NCBI GenBank assembly: GCA_963723585.1
Contig: CAVRRJ010000004.1
Coordinates: 88,591-152,590, forward strand
Direction: 5' to 3'
DNA length: 64,000 nucleotides
Source: an uncultured Solirubrobacterales bacterium
Lineage (GTDB): Bacteria; Actinomycetota; Thermoleophilia; Solirubrobacterales; Solirubrobacteraceae
Position numbers and translations under genes: made by a program. Shown in pieces: positions 34,736 to 45,497 of this stretch (within the stretch, counting starts at the first letter, position 1; each line of letters starts with the position of its first letter). The notes beneath the pieces are model-generated. The model worked only from the letters and a program-made list of their open reading frames with translations. It was not told the origin of the DNA and made no database searches.

Positions 34736-35546
34736 CCCCGCGGCTCCAGGGTGACTCGGGGCGTTCCTGGGGCTCACCGTCGAGCTCGAGGTCCACCTTC
34801 TCGTTGAAGAAGCAGACCAGGCCCTTGATCCGCCCCACCTCGGGCAGCGGGTCCTCATAGAACCAGACGAGGTCCTCCCCGCCGACCGCGTGGTAGCTCG
34901 CGGTGCCCTTGTACGGGCAGCGGGTGACGGTGTCGGAGGGCTCGAGCTCGGCCTGGACGTCCTCGCGCGGGATGTACCAGCGGGGCGGGAGGTTGGACTC
35001 GAACAGGGCCAGGGCCCGGGAGCTCTCGGCCAGCAGCTCGCCGCCCAGCGACACGCGCACCACCCGGTCGGTCGCCACCACGTCGATGCGGTGGTAGGGG
35101 TCGCGGGGATGAACCCCGATCTCCTCGCCCTCCTCGAGCCAGCGCCCCATGCGGTTGAAGTAGAAGGCGATCAGGCCCCGGAGCGCCGGGGGTGCGCCCG
35201 GGAGCACCTCGGGGTAATACCAGGCGCCCGCCTCGACCGTCTCGCCTCCGGCGCGGATCGTGTGGTAGGAGGCATCGCCCTTCTTCGGGCAGTGGGTGTG
35301 GCGATCTGAGGGCTCGAGGAACTCGGCGCGCACATCCTCGGGCGGGAAGTAGTAGATCGGCTGCTGGCCCGACTCGTGCAGCAGCATCGCCCGGCGGCTG
35401 TCGGCGATGACTTCTCCCCCGACCTCGACCCGGATCCGCTTCGGTGTCGGCTCTAGGTAGAGCGCCCGCCCCGGCTCCGGCGGCTCGAAGTTGAACCGGC
35501 CCGCGGGCTGGCGCCCGAGCGGTCCGGTGCCGGTCATCAGGCCCAT
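34689..35546 (-). CDS. Tandem DUF427 domain protein
   Basis: Two repeats with CPxKGxASY; HPRDPYHRID. Confidence 0.88.
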   Translation of the reverse strand: MGLMTGTGPLGRQPAGRFNFEPPEPGRALYLEPTPKRIRVEVGGEVIADSRRAMLLHESGQQPIYYFPPEDVRAEFLEPSDRHTHCPKKGDASYHTIRAGGETVEAGAWYYPEVLPGAPPALRGLIAFYFNRMGRWLEEGEEIGVHPRDPYHRIDVVATDRVVRVSLGGELLAESSRALALFESNLPPRWYIPREDVQAELEPSDTVTRCPYKGTASYHAVGGEDLVWFYEDPLPEVGRIKGLVCFFNEKVDLELDGEPQERPESPWSRGVKSEAQNAAPAHTRG

Positions 35547-35580
35547 GCTCCACAGGGTACGCCCTGGCACACTGCGGACC

Positions 35581-37020
35581 GTGAACTTCGCCCGTGATGT
35601 CGTAGATGCCGCGCCGGCGCAGCGCCGCGCCCTGGTCGAGCTCCCCCGCGACGGCGCCCGGCGCGAGTGGAGTTTCGGGGAGGTCGCCGACCGCGCCGCG
35701 CGGCTGGCCGGCACCCTGAAACGGCACGGCGTCGAGCGCGGGGATGTCGTCATGACCCTGATCGGCAACCGGCCCGAGTGGGTGCTGAGCATGGTGGCCT
35801 GCTTTCGCATCGGCGCCGTCGCGCTGCCGTGTAACGAGCAGCTCAGGGCCAAGGACCTGCGCCGGCGTCTGGACGCCGCCCGGCCCAAGCTGATCGTGGC
35901 CGACGAGCGCAACGCAACCGAGCTGAGCTCCGCGAAGCCAGAGTGCGAAGTGCTGTTGATTCCTGATAGAGCGATCTATCTAGAGCCACCCGTGGCCGCC
36001 GTCGAGCTGGCCGCCACCGACCCCGCGCTGATCACCTTCACCAGCGGGACGACGGGCGAGGCCAAGGGGGTCGTCCACGGCCAGCGCTACCTGCCCGGCC
36101 AGCGTCTCCAGGCGGCGCACTGGCTCGACGCCCGCGCGGGCGACCTGGTCTGGTGCACGGCGGCCAGCGGCTGGTCCAAGTCGGCCCGCAACGTGTTCAT
36201 CGCACCCTGGCTGAACGGCGCCGCTGCCCTCCTGCACGATGCGCGCTTCGATCCCGCCCAGCGCCTGGAGATCCTGGCCACCGAGCAGGTCGACGTCCTG
36301 TGCATGGCCCCGACCGAGTACCGGGTGATCGCCAAGCGGGCCACGCTCGGGCCCCTCCCCGCCCTGCGCGGGCTGGTGGCCGCCGGCGAGGCGCTCAACC
36401 CCGAGGTCCTGCGCGCGTTCCGGGAGGCCACCGGCCTGGAGATCCGCGATGGCTACGGCCAGACCGAGACCGGCCAGCTGACCGGGGCCCCCGCCGGAGA
36501 GGAGGTGAGGCCCGGCTCGATGGGCCGCCCCCTGCCCGGGATCGCCCTGGAGATCCGCGATGGCGAGCTGACCCTGGACCCGAGCACCGATCCCACCTTC
36601 TTCGTGTCCTACCTGGACGGCACGCCCGCCCCGGAGTCAGAGACGTGGGCCACGGGGGACCGGGTCAGACAGGACGACGACGGCTACCTGTACTTCGAGG
36701 GGCGCACCGATGACGTGATCATCTCGGCGGGCTACCGGATCGGACCGTTCGAGGTCGAGTCCGCGCTCGTGTCCCATCCCGCCGTGGCCGAGGCCGCGGT
36801 CGTGGCCGCCCCCGACGAGGAGCGCGGCGCCGTCGTCCGCGCGGTGGTAGTCCTGCGCGACGGCGTCAGCCCCAGCGACGAGCTGGCCGGCGAGCTCCAG
36901 GACCACGTGAAGGCCGAGACCGCTCCCTACAAGTACCCCCGCATCGTCGACTTCGCCGAGGAGCTGCCCAAGACGACCAGCGGCAAGGTGCAGCGGGCTC
37001 TGCTCAGAGCGCAGAGCTAG
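35581..37020 (+). CDS. Acyl-CoA synthetase (AMP-binding)
   Basis: FTSGTTGEAKG, YGQTE, GRTDD, PKTTSGK. Confidence 0.93.
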   Translation: MNFARDVVDAAPAQRRALVELPRDGARREWSFGEVADRAARLAGTLKRHGVERGDVVMTLIGNRPEWVLSMVACFRIGAVALPCNEQLRAKDLRRRLDAARPKLIVADERNATELSSAKPECEVLLIPDRAIYLEPPVAAVELAATDPALITFTSGTTGEAKGVVHGQRYLPGQRLQAAHWLDARAGDLVWCTAASGWSKSARNVFIAPWLNGAAALLHDARFDPAQRLEILATEQVDVLCMAPTEYRVIAKRATLGPLPALRGLVAAGEALNPEVLRAFREATGLEIRDGYGQTETGQLTGAPAGEEVRPGSMGRPLPGIALEIRDGELTLDPSTDPTFFVSYLDGTPAPESETWATGDRVRQDDDGYLYFEGRTDDVIISAGYRIGPFEVESALVSHPAVAEAAVVAAPDEERGAVVRAVVVLRDGVSPSDELAGELQDHVKAETAPYKYPRIVDFAEELPKTTSGKVQRALLRAQS

Positions 37021-37030
37021 CCTGAGAGCC

Positions 37031-37777
37031 ATGACCGACTCGAGGCCCGCGATCGGCATCACCGTGTCCCGCACCGAGGCCACCTGGGGGGTGTGGAGCC
37101 AGGCTGCCGCCGTCCTGCCCTTCGCCTACGTGACCGCCGTCCAGCGCGCCGGCGCCACGGCGGTGCTGATCCCGCCCGACGCCGCCCTGGCCGAGGAGCC
37201 GGACGCGATCCTCGAGCGCATCGACGCCCTGATCCTGTCCGGCGGCCACGACATCGATCCGCCGGTCTACGGTGCCGAGACTCATCCGGCCACCCACGGA
37301 ACCGTGCCCGAGCGCGACCAGACCGAGATCGCCCTGGCCCGCCGCGCGGTCGAGCTGGACATGCCGGTGCTGGGGATCTGCCGCGGGATGCAGCTGCTCA
37401 ACGTGGCCTTCGGGGGCACCCTCCATCAGCATCTTCCCGACCTCTACGGGCATGAGGAGCATCGCCGCGTGCCGGGCAGCTTTGACGGCTCAGACCACGA
37501 CGTGAACCTGGACCCCGGGTCCCTGGCTGCCGACGCGGCCGGCGAGGAGGTCCACGGGACCAAGTCCCACCACCACCAGGGCGTCGACACGATCGGCGAG
37601 GGCCTCGCGGTAAGCGGTCATTCGGCGCTCGATGAGCTCGTGGAGGCGATCGAGAACCCCGAGTGCCGGTTCGTGCTCGGCGTCCAGTGGCACCCCGAGG
37701 CCGACGAGTCGAGCCCGCTGATCGCGGCTCTGGTGCAGGAGGCCCGGGACTACCGCACGGTCCGCGGCTCGGCGTAA
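37031..37777 (+). CDS. Gamma-glutamyl-gamma-aminobutyrate hydrolase family (peptidase C26)
   Basis: GICRGMQ, HHQG, VQWHPE. Confidence 0.92.
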   Translation: MTDSRPAIGITVSRTEATWGVWSQAAAVLPFAYVTAVQRAGATAVLIPPDAALAEEPDAILERIDALILSGGHDIDPPVYGAETHPATHGTVPERDQTEIALARRAVELDMPVLGICRGMQLLNVAFGGTLHQHLPDLYGHEEHRRVPGSFDGSDHDVNLDPGSLAADAAGEEVHGTKSHHHQGVDTIGEGLAVSGHSALDELVEAIENPECRFVLGVQWHPEADESSPLIAALVQEARDYRTVRGSA

Positions 37778-39009
37778 CCCGCGCCGCGCACGGCCCGGGT
37801 GACCAGCTCGGCGTGCTCGGGCCCCCGCGTCTCCAGCACGAGCTGGACCGCAGTTTCGCGCACGTGGAGATCGAACCCCTCGCGGATGTGCTCGACGTCG
37901 AGCAGGTTCGCCCCGTGACGGCCGACCAGCTCGAGCAGCAGGGCCAGCGAGCCCGGGCGGTCGGGCAGCCGGGCCAGGAGGACGAGGCGCCGCCCGGCCT
38001 GGCTCTCGTGCCGGCGGGCGATCTGGGCGAGCAGCCCGGCGTCGACGTTGCCGCCGGACAGGACCGCCACGGTGGTCCCGGGACCGGCCTGTACCGCGCC
38101 GGAGAGCAGCGCGGCCACGCCGACGGCGCCCGCGCCCTCGACGACCAGCTTGGCCCGCTCGAGCAGGAATACCATCGCCTCGGCCACCTCGTCCTCCCCC
38201 ACCAGCACCATGCGGTCGACGTGGCGGGCGATCAGGCCGAGGGTCAGCCGGCCCGGGCGCTTGACGGCGATGCCGTCGGCGATGGTCAGCGCCGAGTCGA
38301 CGGCGACCGGCTCGCCGGCCTCGAGCGAGGCTGGGAATGGGGCGCAGTTCGCGACCTGGACGCCGATCACCTCGACCTCGGGCCGGGCGGCCTTGATGGC
38401 GATCGCCGTGCCGCTGATCAGTCCTCCGCCGCCGACCGGCACGACGACCCGGGCCATCTCCGGGGCCTGACCCAGGAGCTCGAGGCCGAGGCCGCCCTGG
38501 CCCGCGACCACGTCCGGATCGTCGAAGGGATGGATGAAGGCCAGCCCGCCGGCCGTGGCCCGCTCCCGGGCGGCGGCCAGGCTCTCATCGACGCTGGATC
38601 CGACCAGGCGGACCTGCGCGCCGAGCGAGATCGCGCCTTCGACCTTGGCGATCGAGGCCGACTCGGGCATGAACACCTCGCAGGGCACGCTGCGGGCCCG
38701 CGCGGCGTAGGCCACCGCCTGGGCGTGATTGCCGGCGCTTCCGGCGACCACACCGCGCTCACAGGCCCGGTCGCCGAGCGCGGCGATCTTGGCCAGCGCC
38801 CCCCGGATCTTGAATGACCCCGTCCGCTGCAGGTTCTCGGCCTTGAGGGCGACGGTGCCCCCCACGCGCTCGGCCAGGGTCTGCGAGCTGAGCACCGGGG
38901 TCTCGCGGATCACCCCGGCGCCGGCCGCCGCGGCCCGCCGCACGTCGTCGATGATGACGTCGCGGTCAGCCAGCGCACCGGAGCTCCCGGCGGGTTTCCG
39001 GTCAGCCAA
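37750..39009 (-). CDS. ilvA: Threonine ammonia-lyase with ACT domain
   Basis: KAENLQRTGSFKIRG, SAGNHAQ, GGGGL, SGGN, DRPG. Confidence 0.9.
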   Translation of the reverse strand: MADRKPAGSSGALADRDVIIDDVRRAAAAGAGVIRETPVLSSQTLAERVGGTVALKAENLQRTGSFKIRGALAKIAALGDRACERGVVAGSAGNHAQAVAYAARARSVPCEVFMPESASIAKVEGAISLGAQVRLVGSSVDESLAAARERATAGGLAFIHPFDDPDVVAGQGGLGLELLGQAPEMARVVVPVGGGGLISGTAIAIKAARPEVEVIGVQVANCAPFPASLEAGEPVAVDSALTIADGIAVKRPGRLTLGLIARHVDRMVLVGEDEVAEAMVFLLERAKLVVEGAGAVGVAALLSGAVQAGPGTTVAVLSGGNVDAGLLAQIARRHESQAGRRLVLLARLPDRPGSLALLLELVGRHGANLLDVEHIREGFDLHVRETAVQLVLETRGPEHAELVTRAVRGAGYAEPRTVR

Positions 39010-39391
39010 GCGCGACCACCGCGTCCATCTCGACCTGAGCGCCCTTGGGCAGCGCGGCGACCCCGACGGCGACCCGAGCCGGCGGGTCTGACTCGAAGAA
39101 CGAAGCGTAGACCTCGTTCACCGTCGTGAAGGCCGACATGTCGGTCAGGTAGATGGTCATCTTGACCGCGTCACCGAGGCTGGCCCCGGCCGCCTGGCAG
39201 ACGGCAGCGAGGTTCTCCAGGCAGCGGCCGGCCTGATCGGCGGCGGAGCTTCCCACGAGCTCGCCCGTGCGCGGGTCGAGCGGGATCTGGCCCGAGCAGA
39301 ACAGCAGGCTGCCCGCGCGCACGGCGTGCACGTACGGACCGACAGCCTCCGGCGCACCCGCCGCGTTCACCGCTTCACGATGATCTGACAA
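39002..39391 (-). CDS. ridA: RidA family enamine deaminase
   Basis: GPY, SGQIP, NEVY, PPAR; adjacent to ilvA. Confidence 0.9.
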   Translation of the reverse strand: MSDHREAVNAAGAPEAVGPYVHAVRAGSLLFCSGQIPLDPRTGELVGSSAADQAGRCLENLAAVCQAAGASLGDAVKMTIYLTDMSAFTTVNEVYASFFESDPPARVAVGVAALPKGAQVEMDAVVALG

Positions 39392-39428
39392 ATCAGCTCC
39401 TTCTCAACGGGGTCCGATGCCGGGAAGC

Positions 39429-40151
39429 CTATTGCCAGCCTGCGCCCGAGGCGAGCCCCTCGCCGGCCCGGCCCCGGGGCTCCTCCCAATCCTCCTGGCG
39501 CCCGAGGGCGGTCATGTCGAGGTAGTAGTGCGTGCCGCCGACCTGCTCGGTGCCGCGCGCGTAGGTCGAGTAGGTGTGGAACACGCGATCCCCGTCGCGC
39601 AGGAACGCGCTCGTCCCGTGCAGCTCACCGGGCAGCTCGGCGAGCCCCCGCTCCGCCCACTCCTCGGCGGAGCGGTAGTTGTACTCCACCGGCGTCACCG
39701 CCTCGTCCAGGGTCACGTGGAAGTCGTAGTTGAACTCGCTGCCATAGGACGAGTACCAGGGAAACGTCCAGCCCTTGCGCGCCTTGAAGCGCTCGATCTT
39801 CTCGAGCGGGGCTCGGGAGACGACGGCCATGGTCGTCTCCTTGGCGTGCAGGTAGTCGAGGTTGCCGTACTGCTCGACGCGCCCGGTGCAGCTCGAGCAG
39901 CCGTCCTCCCACTCGGGGTCGAACATGAAGTGGTCGACGATCAGCTGCCGGCGCCCCTCGAACAGGTCGAGCAGGCTGGCGGGGCCGTCCGGCCCGGCGA
40001 ACACGTAGGGCTTGTCGATCTCGACCATGGGCAGCCGGCGCCGCTGGGCGCTGAGCTCGTCCCGGGCCTGAGTCAGGCGCTTCTCCTCGATCAGCAGCGC
40101 TCGGCGGGCGGCCAGCCACTCCTCACGGGTCACGACTTCAGGCAGGCTCAT
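39429..40151 (-). CDS. DUF899 family thioredoxin-like protein
   Basis: [31 protein letters not shown]. Confidence 0.9.
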   Translation of the reverse strand: MSLPEVVTREEWLAARRALLIEEKRLTQARDELSAQRRRLPMVEIDKPYVFAGPDGPASLLDLFEGRRQLIVDHFMFDPEWEDGCSSCTGRVEQYGNLDYLHAKETTMAVVSRAPLEKIERFKARKGWTFPWYSSYGSEFNYDFHVTLDEAVTPVEYNYRSAEEWAERGLAELPGELHGTSAFLRDGDRVFHTYSTYARGTEQVGGTHYYLDMTALGRQEDWEEPRGRAGEGLASGAGWQ

Positions 40152-40186
40152 TCTGCTCCTTTCACAGGGTCTCTACGGTAGAGAGC

Positions 40187-42166
40187 ATGCCCAACCGCCT
40201 GGCCGCCGAGACCTCCCCCTACCTGCTCCAGCACCAGGACAACCCGGTGGACTGGTACGCCTGGGGGGAGGAGGCGCTGGCTCGGGCGCGCCGGGAGCAG
40301 CGTCCGCTGCTGGTCTCGATCGGCTACTCCGCCTGCCACTGGTGTCACGTGATGGAGCGCGAGTCCTTCGAGGATCCGGAGATCGCCGCGCTGATGAACC
40401 AGACGTTCGTGTGCATCAAGGTCGACCGCGAGGAACGCCCCGACGTCGACGCGGTGTGCATGGAGGCCTGCCAGGCGATGACCGGCCAGGGCGGCTGGCC
40501 GCTGAACGCGTTCTTGACCCCCGAGCAGGCGCCGTTCTACACCGGCACGTATTTCCCGCCCGAGTCCCGCCACGGGCTGCCCAGCTGGCGCACCGTGCTC
40601 GAGGCGGTGGCGGCGGCGTGGGCCGAGCGCCGCCAGGACGTAGAGGCCTCGGGACGCCAGGTGCTGCAGGCGATCGGCGCGGCGACCCGCGTGCAGGCCA
40701 GTGGCGAGCCGATCACCGAGCGGATCCTGCATGACGCCGTGGCGGGCGTGCGGGGCGCCTACGACTCCCGCCAGGGCGGCTTCTCCGGCGCGCCGAAGTT
40801 CCCCATGGCCTCGGTGATCGAGTTCCTGCTCGGACGCGGTGAGCGCGAGATGGCGCTGCATACGCTCAGGTCAATGGCCGCGGGCGGCATCTATGACCAG
40901 GTCGGTGGGGGCTTCTCGCGCTACTCGGTCGATCCGACCTGGACCGTGCCCCACTTCGAGAAGATGCTCTACGACAACGCGCTCCTGGCTCGCGCCTACC
41001 TCCACGGGTGGCAGGTGTCAGGCGAGCCGATCCTGCGCCGGGTGTGTGAGGAGACGCTCGACTGGGCGCTGCGCGAGATGCGGGGCAGCCGGATGACTCC
41101 AGCGCGATCCAATCAGGCGCGGCCGGATGCCGAGCGGGCCGCGCTGGAGGGCGGCTTCTGCTCGGCGCTCGACGCCGACTCCGAGGGGGTAGAGGGCAAG
41201 TTCTACGTCTGGACCGACGCCGAGCTCCGCGATGAGTTGGGCGACCTGTACGGGGAGGCCATGGCCTACTTCCGGCCCCGGGAGTTCGAGCATGGCCTGA
41301 TCCTCGAGGCCCGAGGTCCCGAGCCGGCGGCTCGGGACGAGATCCGCCACCGACTGTACGACGCCCGCGCGCAGCGGGTGCGCCCGGGCCTTGACGACAA
41401 GCGCCTGACCACCTGGAACGCGCTCATGATCTCCGCCCTGGCCGAGGCGGGCGGCGCGCTCGAGCGCCCTGACTACCTGGACGCGGCAACCAGTTGCGCC
41501 GAGTTCCTGCTCCGCGAGCGGCGCGACTCCGACGGGCGACTGCTCCGGACCCCGGCGATCCCGGCCTACCTGGACGATCACGCCCACCTGCTCCAGGGGC
41601 TGACCGCGCTGTATGAGGCCAGCTTCGATCCCCGCTGGTACGCCGAGGCGATAGCCATCGCCGAGACGATCATCACCCGTTTTGCCGACCGCGAGCGCGG
41701 CGGCTTCTTCACCACCGCCGGTGACGCCTCGGGCTGGGCGCGGCGCAAGGACTTCGAAGATTCACCCGTGCCCTCGGGCGGCTCGGCCGCGACCTACGGC
41801 CTCCTGCGCCTGGCCCGGCTCTCGGGCCGGGACGATTTCGAGGACCAGGCCATGGCCGGGCTGCGCCTGCTCGCCCCGCTGGCCGGGCGCCATCCGCTGG
41901 CCTTCGGCCACGCCCTGCAGGCGTTCGACTTCTCCCTGGCCAGGGTGCGCGAGGTGGCCATCGTCGGCGAGGACGCCGGCGCGCTCGTGCGCGCGGTCCG
42001 AGGGGCGTACCGGCCCCACCTCGTCCTGGCCGGGGGGGCCCGGGGTCGCGTACCGCTGCTCGAGGGCCGCTTCCCGGTCGACGGCCGCGCCGCCGCCTAC
42101 GTGTGTGAGCACTTCGCCTGCCAGGCGCCGGTCACCGAGCCGGAGGAGCTGGCCGCCCTGCTCTGA
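40187..42166 (+). CDS. YyaL/SSP411-like thioredoxin domain protein
   Basis: [32 protein letters not shown]. Confidence 0.93.
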   Translation: MPNRLAAETSPYLLQHQDNPVDWYAWGEEALARARREQRPLLVSIGYSACHWCHVMERESFEDPEIAALMNQTFVCIKVDREERPDVDAVCMEACQAMTGQGGWPLNAFLTPEQAPFYTGTYFPPESRHGLPSWRTVLEAVAAAWAERRQDVEASGRQVLQAIGAATRVQASGEPITERILHDAVAGVRGAYDSRQGGFSGAPKFPMASVIEFLLGRGEREMALHTLRSMAAGGIYDQVGGGFSRYSVDPTWTVPHFEKMLYDNALLARAYLHGWQVSGEPILRRVCEETLDWALREMRGSRMTPARSNQARPDAERAALEGGFCSALDADSEGVEGKFYVWTDAELRDELGDLYGEAMAYFRPREFEHGLILEARGPEPAARDEIRHRLYDARAQRVRPGLDDKRLTTWNALMISALAEAGGALERPDYLDAATSCAEFLLRERRDSDGRLLRTPAIPAYLDDHAHLLQGLTALYEASFDPRWYAEAIAIAETIITRFADRERGGFFTTAGDASGWARRKDFEDSPVPSGGSAATYGLLRLARLSGRDDFEDQAMAGLRLLAPLAGRHPLAFGHALQAFDFSLARVREVAIVGEDAGALVRAVRGAYRPHLVLAGGARGRVPLLEGRFPVDGRAAAYVCEHFACQAPVTEPEELAALL

Positions 42167-42191
42167 TCCAGGTGGCCGGATGCGGCCCGGC

Positions 42192-43529
42192 CTACAACAC
42201 CGGCAGGTAGCGCTCGAGCTCCCAGGGCGTGACCTGGACCCGGTAGTCGTCCCACTCCTGGCGCTTGATCTCGATGTAGCGGTTGAACATGTGCTCGCCC
42301 AGCGTGCGCAGGACGAGCTCGGACTGCGCGGTCAGCTCGATCGCCTCACCCAGCGTCTCGGGCAGCTGGTCGATGCCGAGCCGGCGGCGCTCCTCCGGGG
42401 ACAGGTGGTAGAGGTTCTTCTCCATCGGGTCGGGCAGCTCGTAGCCGTGCTCGATCCCCTCGAGCCCCGCCTGCAGCAGCACGGCGAACGTCAGATATGG
42501 GTTGCACGCCGGGTCGGGGCAGCGCAGCTCCATGCGCGTGGTCCGCTCGCGGCCGGGGTGATACAGCGGCACCCGGACCAGCGCCGAGCGGTTGCGCCGC
42601 GACCAGGCCACGTACACCGGCGCCTCGTAGCCGGGCACCAGGCGCTTGTAGGAGTTGACCCACTGGGCGAAGATCGAGCACATCTCCCGGGCGTGCCGGA
42701 GCTGGCCGGCGATGAACGCCTTCCCCACCGGGGAGAGGAAGTACGGGTCCTCGGCGTCGTAGAACGCGTTCTCCTCGCCGCGGAACAGCGACTGGTGGGT
42801 GTGCATCCCGGAGCCGTTCTCGCCGAACAGCGGCTTGGGCATGAAGGTGGCGTGCAGCCCGTACTTCATCGCGTACTCCTTGACCGTGATGCGGTAGGTC
42901 ATGCAGTCATCGGCCATCTTCATGGCGTCGGCGTAGCGCATGTCGATCTCGTGCTGGCTGGGACCGACCTCGTGGTGGGTGTATTCGGTGTGGATGCCGA
43001 GCTGCTCGAGGGCGAGCACGGTCTCACGGCGCAGGTCAGAGCCGGCGTCAAGCGTGGTCAGGTCGAAGTAGCCACCCTCGTCGAGCACCTCGGTCGACTT
43101 GGAGTCGCGGAAGTAGAAGTACTCGAGCTCGGGCCCGACGTAGAAGTGGTCAAAGCCCATCCGCTCGGCCCGCTCCACCGCGCGGCGCAGAACGTGGCGC
43201 GGGTCGCCCTCATACGGCGTGCGCTCCGGCGTCTGGATGTCGCAGAACATTCGCGCCACCCCGGCCTCGCCGGGACGCCAGGGCAGAGACCGGAAGGTGG
43301 TGGGATCGGGCATGGCGATCATGTCCGATTCCTCGATCGCGTTGAAGCCGGTGATCGAGGACCCGTCGAAGCCCATCCCGCCCTCGAAGGCGTCGCCCAG
43401 CTCGGTCACGTTGATCGAGAAGGCCTTGAGCTGGCCGAGGACATCGGTGAACCAGAGACGGATGAAGCGGATGTCCCGCTCGGCGACGAGCGAGATCACG
43501 TCCTCGGCGGTCAGCGGCGGCTCGGGCAT
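42192..43529 (-). CDS. glnA: Glutamine synthetase type I
   Basis: FDGSS, EESDM, HHEV, TFMPKP, GSGMH, GYEAP, NRSAL. Confidence 0.9.
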   Translation of the reverse strand: MPEPPLTAEDVISLVAERDIRFIRLWFTDVLGQLKAFSINVTELGDAFEGGMGFDGSSITGFNAIEESDMIAMPDPTTFRSLPWRPGEAGVARMFCDIQTPERTPYEGDPRHVLRRAVERAERMGFDHFYVGPELEYFYFRDSKSTEVLDEGGYFDLTTLDAGSDLRRETVLALEQLGIHTEYTHHEVGPSQHEIDMRYADAMKMADDCMTYRITVKEYAMKYGLHATFMPKPLFGENGSGMHTHQSLFRGEENAFYDAEDPYFLSPVGKAFIAGQLRHAREMCSIFAQWVNSYKRLVPGYEAPVYVAWSRRNRSALVRVPLYHPGRERTTRMELRCPDPACNPYLTFAVLLQAGLEGIEHGYELPDPMEKNLYHLSPEERRRLGIDQLPETLGEAIELTAQSELVLRTLGEHMFNRYIEIKRQEWDDYRVQVTPWELERYLPVL

Positions 43530-43590
43530 GGCTGCGGAACGTTACTTGCCCGGGCGCCCGCGAGTGGACGGGCGGCGCTACCGTTGCCGC

Positions 43591-44235
43591 GTGACTCGGG
43601 CCGTCCTGCTCCTGATCACTGTGGGCGCGCTGGCCGCGTGCGGATCCTCGGCCGCCTCGTCGACGGTGAGCTCCTCAGCCGCTCGGCCCCCCGCGCAAGC
43701 CGCCGACTGCGGGCCACCGGGCGCGCGCACGCTGGCTCGGGGCCAGCGGATACGCGTTTACGTCATGCGCGGAACGGTCTACGGATGCCTGCGCGGGTCA
43801 CGGCGCGCCCGGGCTCTGGGGGTCACCGGAACCTGCCAGCGGGCCGCCCGCGTGGACGCCGTCGCGGTGGGCGGACCGTTCCTGGCCGCCGGCCTGACGC
43901 GCTGCGGGGTCGACACCGGCTCGAGCACGGTCACGGTGATGCGCTTCCCGGGCGGCCGGCCGGTGTTCAGCCATGCGGCCGTCCCGGCTCCGGGGCCCGA
44001 GTCCTTCTCGACCGTGACGGCGATCGTCGTCTCTTCGGGCGGCGCGGTGGCCTGGATCGCGTCATCGCGGTCGATCGTCGGCCATCGTTCCGTGGTCCAG
44101 GTCGTGGCCGGTGATCGGCGGGGGACGCGGGTGCTCGATTCTGGCGCCCGGATCGCGCTGGGCTCGCTGCGCCTGTCCGGCGCGACGGTTCGTTGGCGCG
44201 ACGCCGGAGCCGAGCGGACCGCACGGCTGAGCTGA
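43591..44235 (+). CDS. Putative lipoprotein
   Basis: Lipobox LAAC; -10 TACCGT 6 nt before the GTG. Confidence 0.7.
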   Translation: MTRAVLLLITVGALAACGSSAASSTVSSSAARPPAQAADCGPPGARTLARGQRIRVYVMRGTVYGCLRGSRRARALGVTGTCQRAARVDAVAVGGPFLAAGLTRCGVDTGSSTVTVMRFPGGRPVFSHAAVPAPGPESFSTVTAIVVSSGGAVAWIASSRSIVGHRSVVQVVAGDRRGTRVLDSGARIALGSLRLSGATVRWRDAGAERTARLS

Positions 44236-44256
44236 GCCGCGTCGAGTGGACGTGCG

Positions 44257-44289
44257 GCATCTGAGTTGCGGAAACCGCTACTCAGATGC
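44257..44289. terminator. Strong hairpin between convergent genes
   Basis: GCATCTGAGT-T-GCGG-AAA-CCGC-T-ACTCAGATGC. Confidence 0.6.
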
Positions 44290-44304
44290 ATCACCCCCTG
44301 GCGG

Positions 44305-44667
44305 TCAGTGCGCTGCGGGCTTCTCGCCGAGCCAGCGTCGGGCCCAGGTCTGGAGCTCGGCCAGCGCGGGCTCGAGCTCGTGGCCCATCACTGAGAGCTC
44401 GTAGCGGACTCGCAGAGGCGGCCCGGGTATCACGGTCCGCTGTACGATCCCCCGCGATTCTAGCTCCTTCATCCGTTCGGACAGGAGCCGATCAGACAGC
44501 TCGGGGATCGCCGCGGCGATCTCCGAGAACCGCAGCGAGCCGTCCATCAGCACGCGCAGGATGGCTCCGGTCCAGCGCCGGCCGACCAGCTCCACCGCCT
44601 CGTGGTACAGGGGGCAGCAATTGGCCCGGGCTCCATCCTCCGTCCTGGTCTGCTCACGCGCGGCCAT
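44305..44667 (-). CDS. HxlR family transcriptional regulator
   Basis: CP...ELVGRRW, RFSE, LSERMKELE, VRYEL. Confidence 0.92.
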   Translation of the reverse strand: MAAREQTRTEDGARANCCPLYHEAVELVGRRWTGAILRVLMDGSLRFSEIAAAIPELSDRLLSERMKELESRGIVQRTVIPGPPLRVRYELSVMGHELEPALAELQTWARRWLGEKPAAH

Positions 44668-44733
44668 GACACTGTTCAGCTTAACGGACCCCGGGGCCCG
44701 TCCCGGAACAAGTTGCTGCTCGTGGGGGAATCC

Positions 44734-45297
44734 TCAGGCCGCCTCGAGGGCGCGGGAGGCCTCATTCGAGCCGTCGACGGGCACCTCGCCGGCTACGTTG
44801 ACCATGGCCGTGAAGCCTTCCAGGGTCAGCGCGGCGATGGCCTCGAGGATCTGCTCGTCCTCCCAACCCATCTCACGCGCCTCCTCGTGCAGGTGCATGG
44901 GGGCGTGACCGCGATCCACCAGCAGCGCGTTCAGGTAGCGCAGCAGGGCCGCCTCGCGCTCGTCCTTGGAGCTGAACTGGCGGGCCAGGGCCACCTCGTC
45001 GAGAGCCAGCCCCACACCCCGGGCCGCCCGCGAGTGGATGGCGATCCCCGGCGCCGAGCCGTAGTACTCGGCCACGCCCAGGGCGATCCGCTCGAGCGTG
45101 GGCAAGGTCAGCCGGCCGTGCCGGAGCTCGGAGCGAAAGCGCGCGTAGGCGCGCAGGGCGGCCGGGGAGCCGGCCAGGACGCCGAGGAAGTTGGGCAGCT
45201 GGCCCCCGGCGGACAACGCGCCCCGGAGCACCGTGGCCGATCCCTCCGGGGCGGTCAGGTCGTCGTGAATTTGGAAGCGGCTCATCGGAGTCTTCAT
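44734..45297 (-). CDS. Carboxymuconolactone decarboxylase/AhpD-like protein
   Basis: GQLPNFLGVLAGSP, ERIAL; the CxxC position reads SAPG (no Cys). Confidence 0.8.
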   Translation of the reverse strand: MKTPMSRFQIHDDLTAPEGSATVLRGALSAGGQLPNFLGVLAGSPAALRAYARFRSELRHGRLTLPTLERIALGVAEYYGSAPGIAIHSRAARGVGLALDEVALARQFSSKDEREAALLRYLNALLVDRGHAPMHLHEEAREMGWEDEQILEAIAALTLEGFTAMVNVAGEVPVDGSNEASRALEAA

Positions 45298-45360
45298 GGT
45301 TGACCCCCACGTGGTCTCGGGCCTTGGCAGCGGTGCGCTGCCCTTTAGTTTTCACATCTG

Positions 45361-45375
45361 CTTACGTGAGATAAG
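45361..45375. promoter_or_regulatory. Putative HxlR-type operator
   Basis: CTTAC-N5-ATAAG near-palindrome upstream of the CMD-hxlR pair. Confidence 0.5.
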
Positions 45376-45497
45376 TGTACCCGGATCACCCGGGTTCTCA
45401 CAAACGCTCAGCGGGGTGTTCATCCCTTATACGACGGGGGATGAACGCGGGATCACCCGGCGCGCAGAAGTACCTGATCGAGGGTCGTCAGTGGCGG

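Noticed and set aside
37031-43529. GlnA plus C26 hydrolase as a gamma-glutamyl-polyamine pathway
   Set aside because: The genes are 4 kb apart on opposite strands and GlnA keeps the EESD and GYEAP residues of true glutamine synthetases
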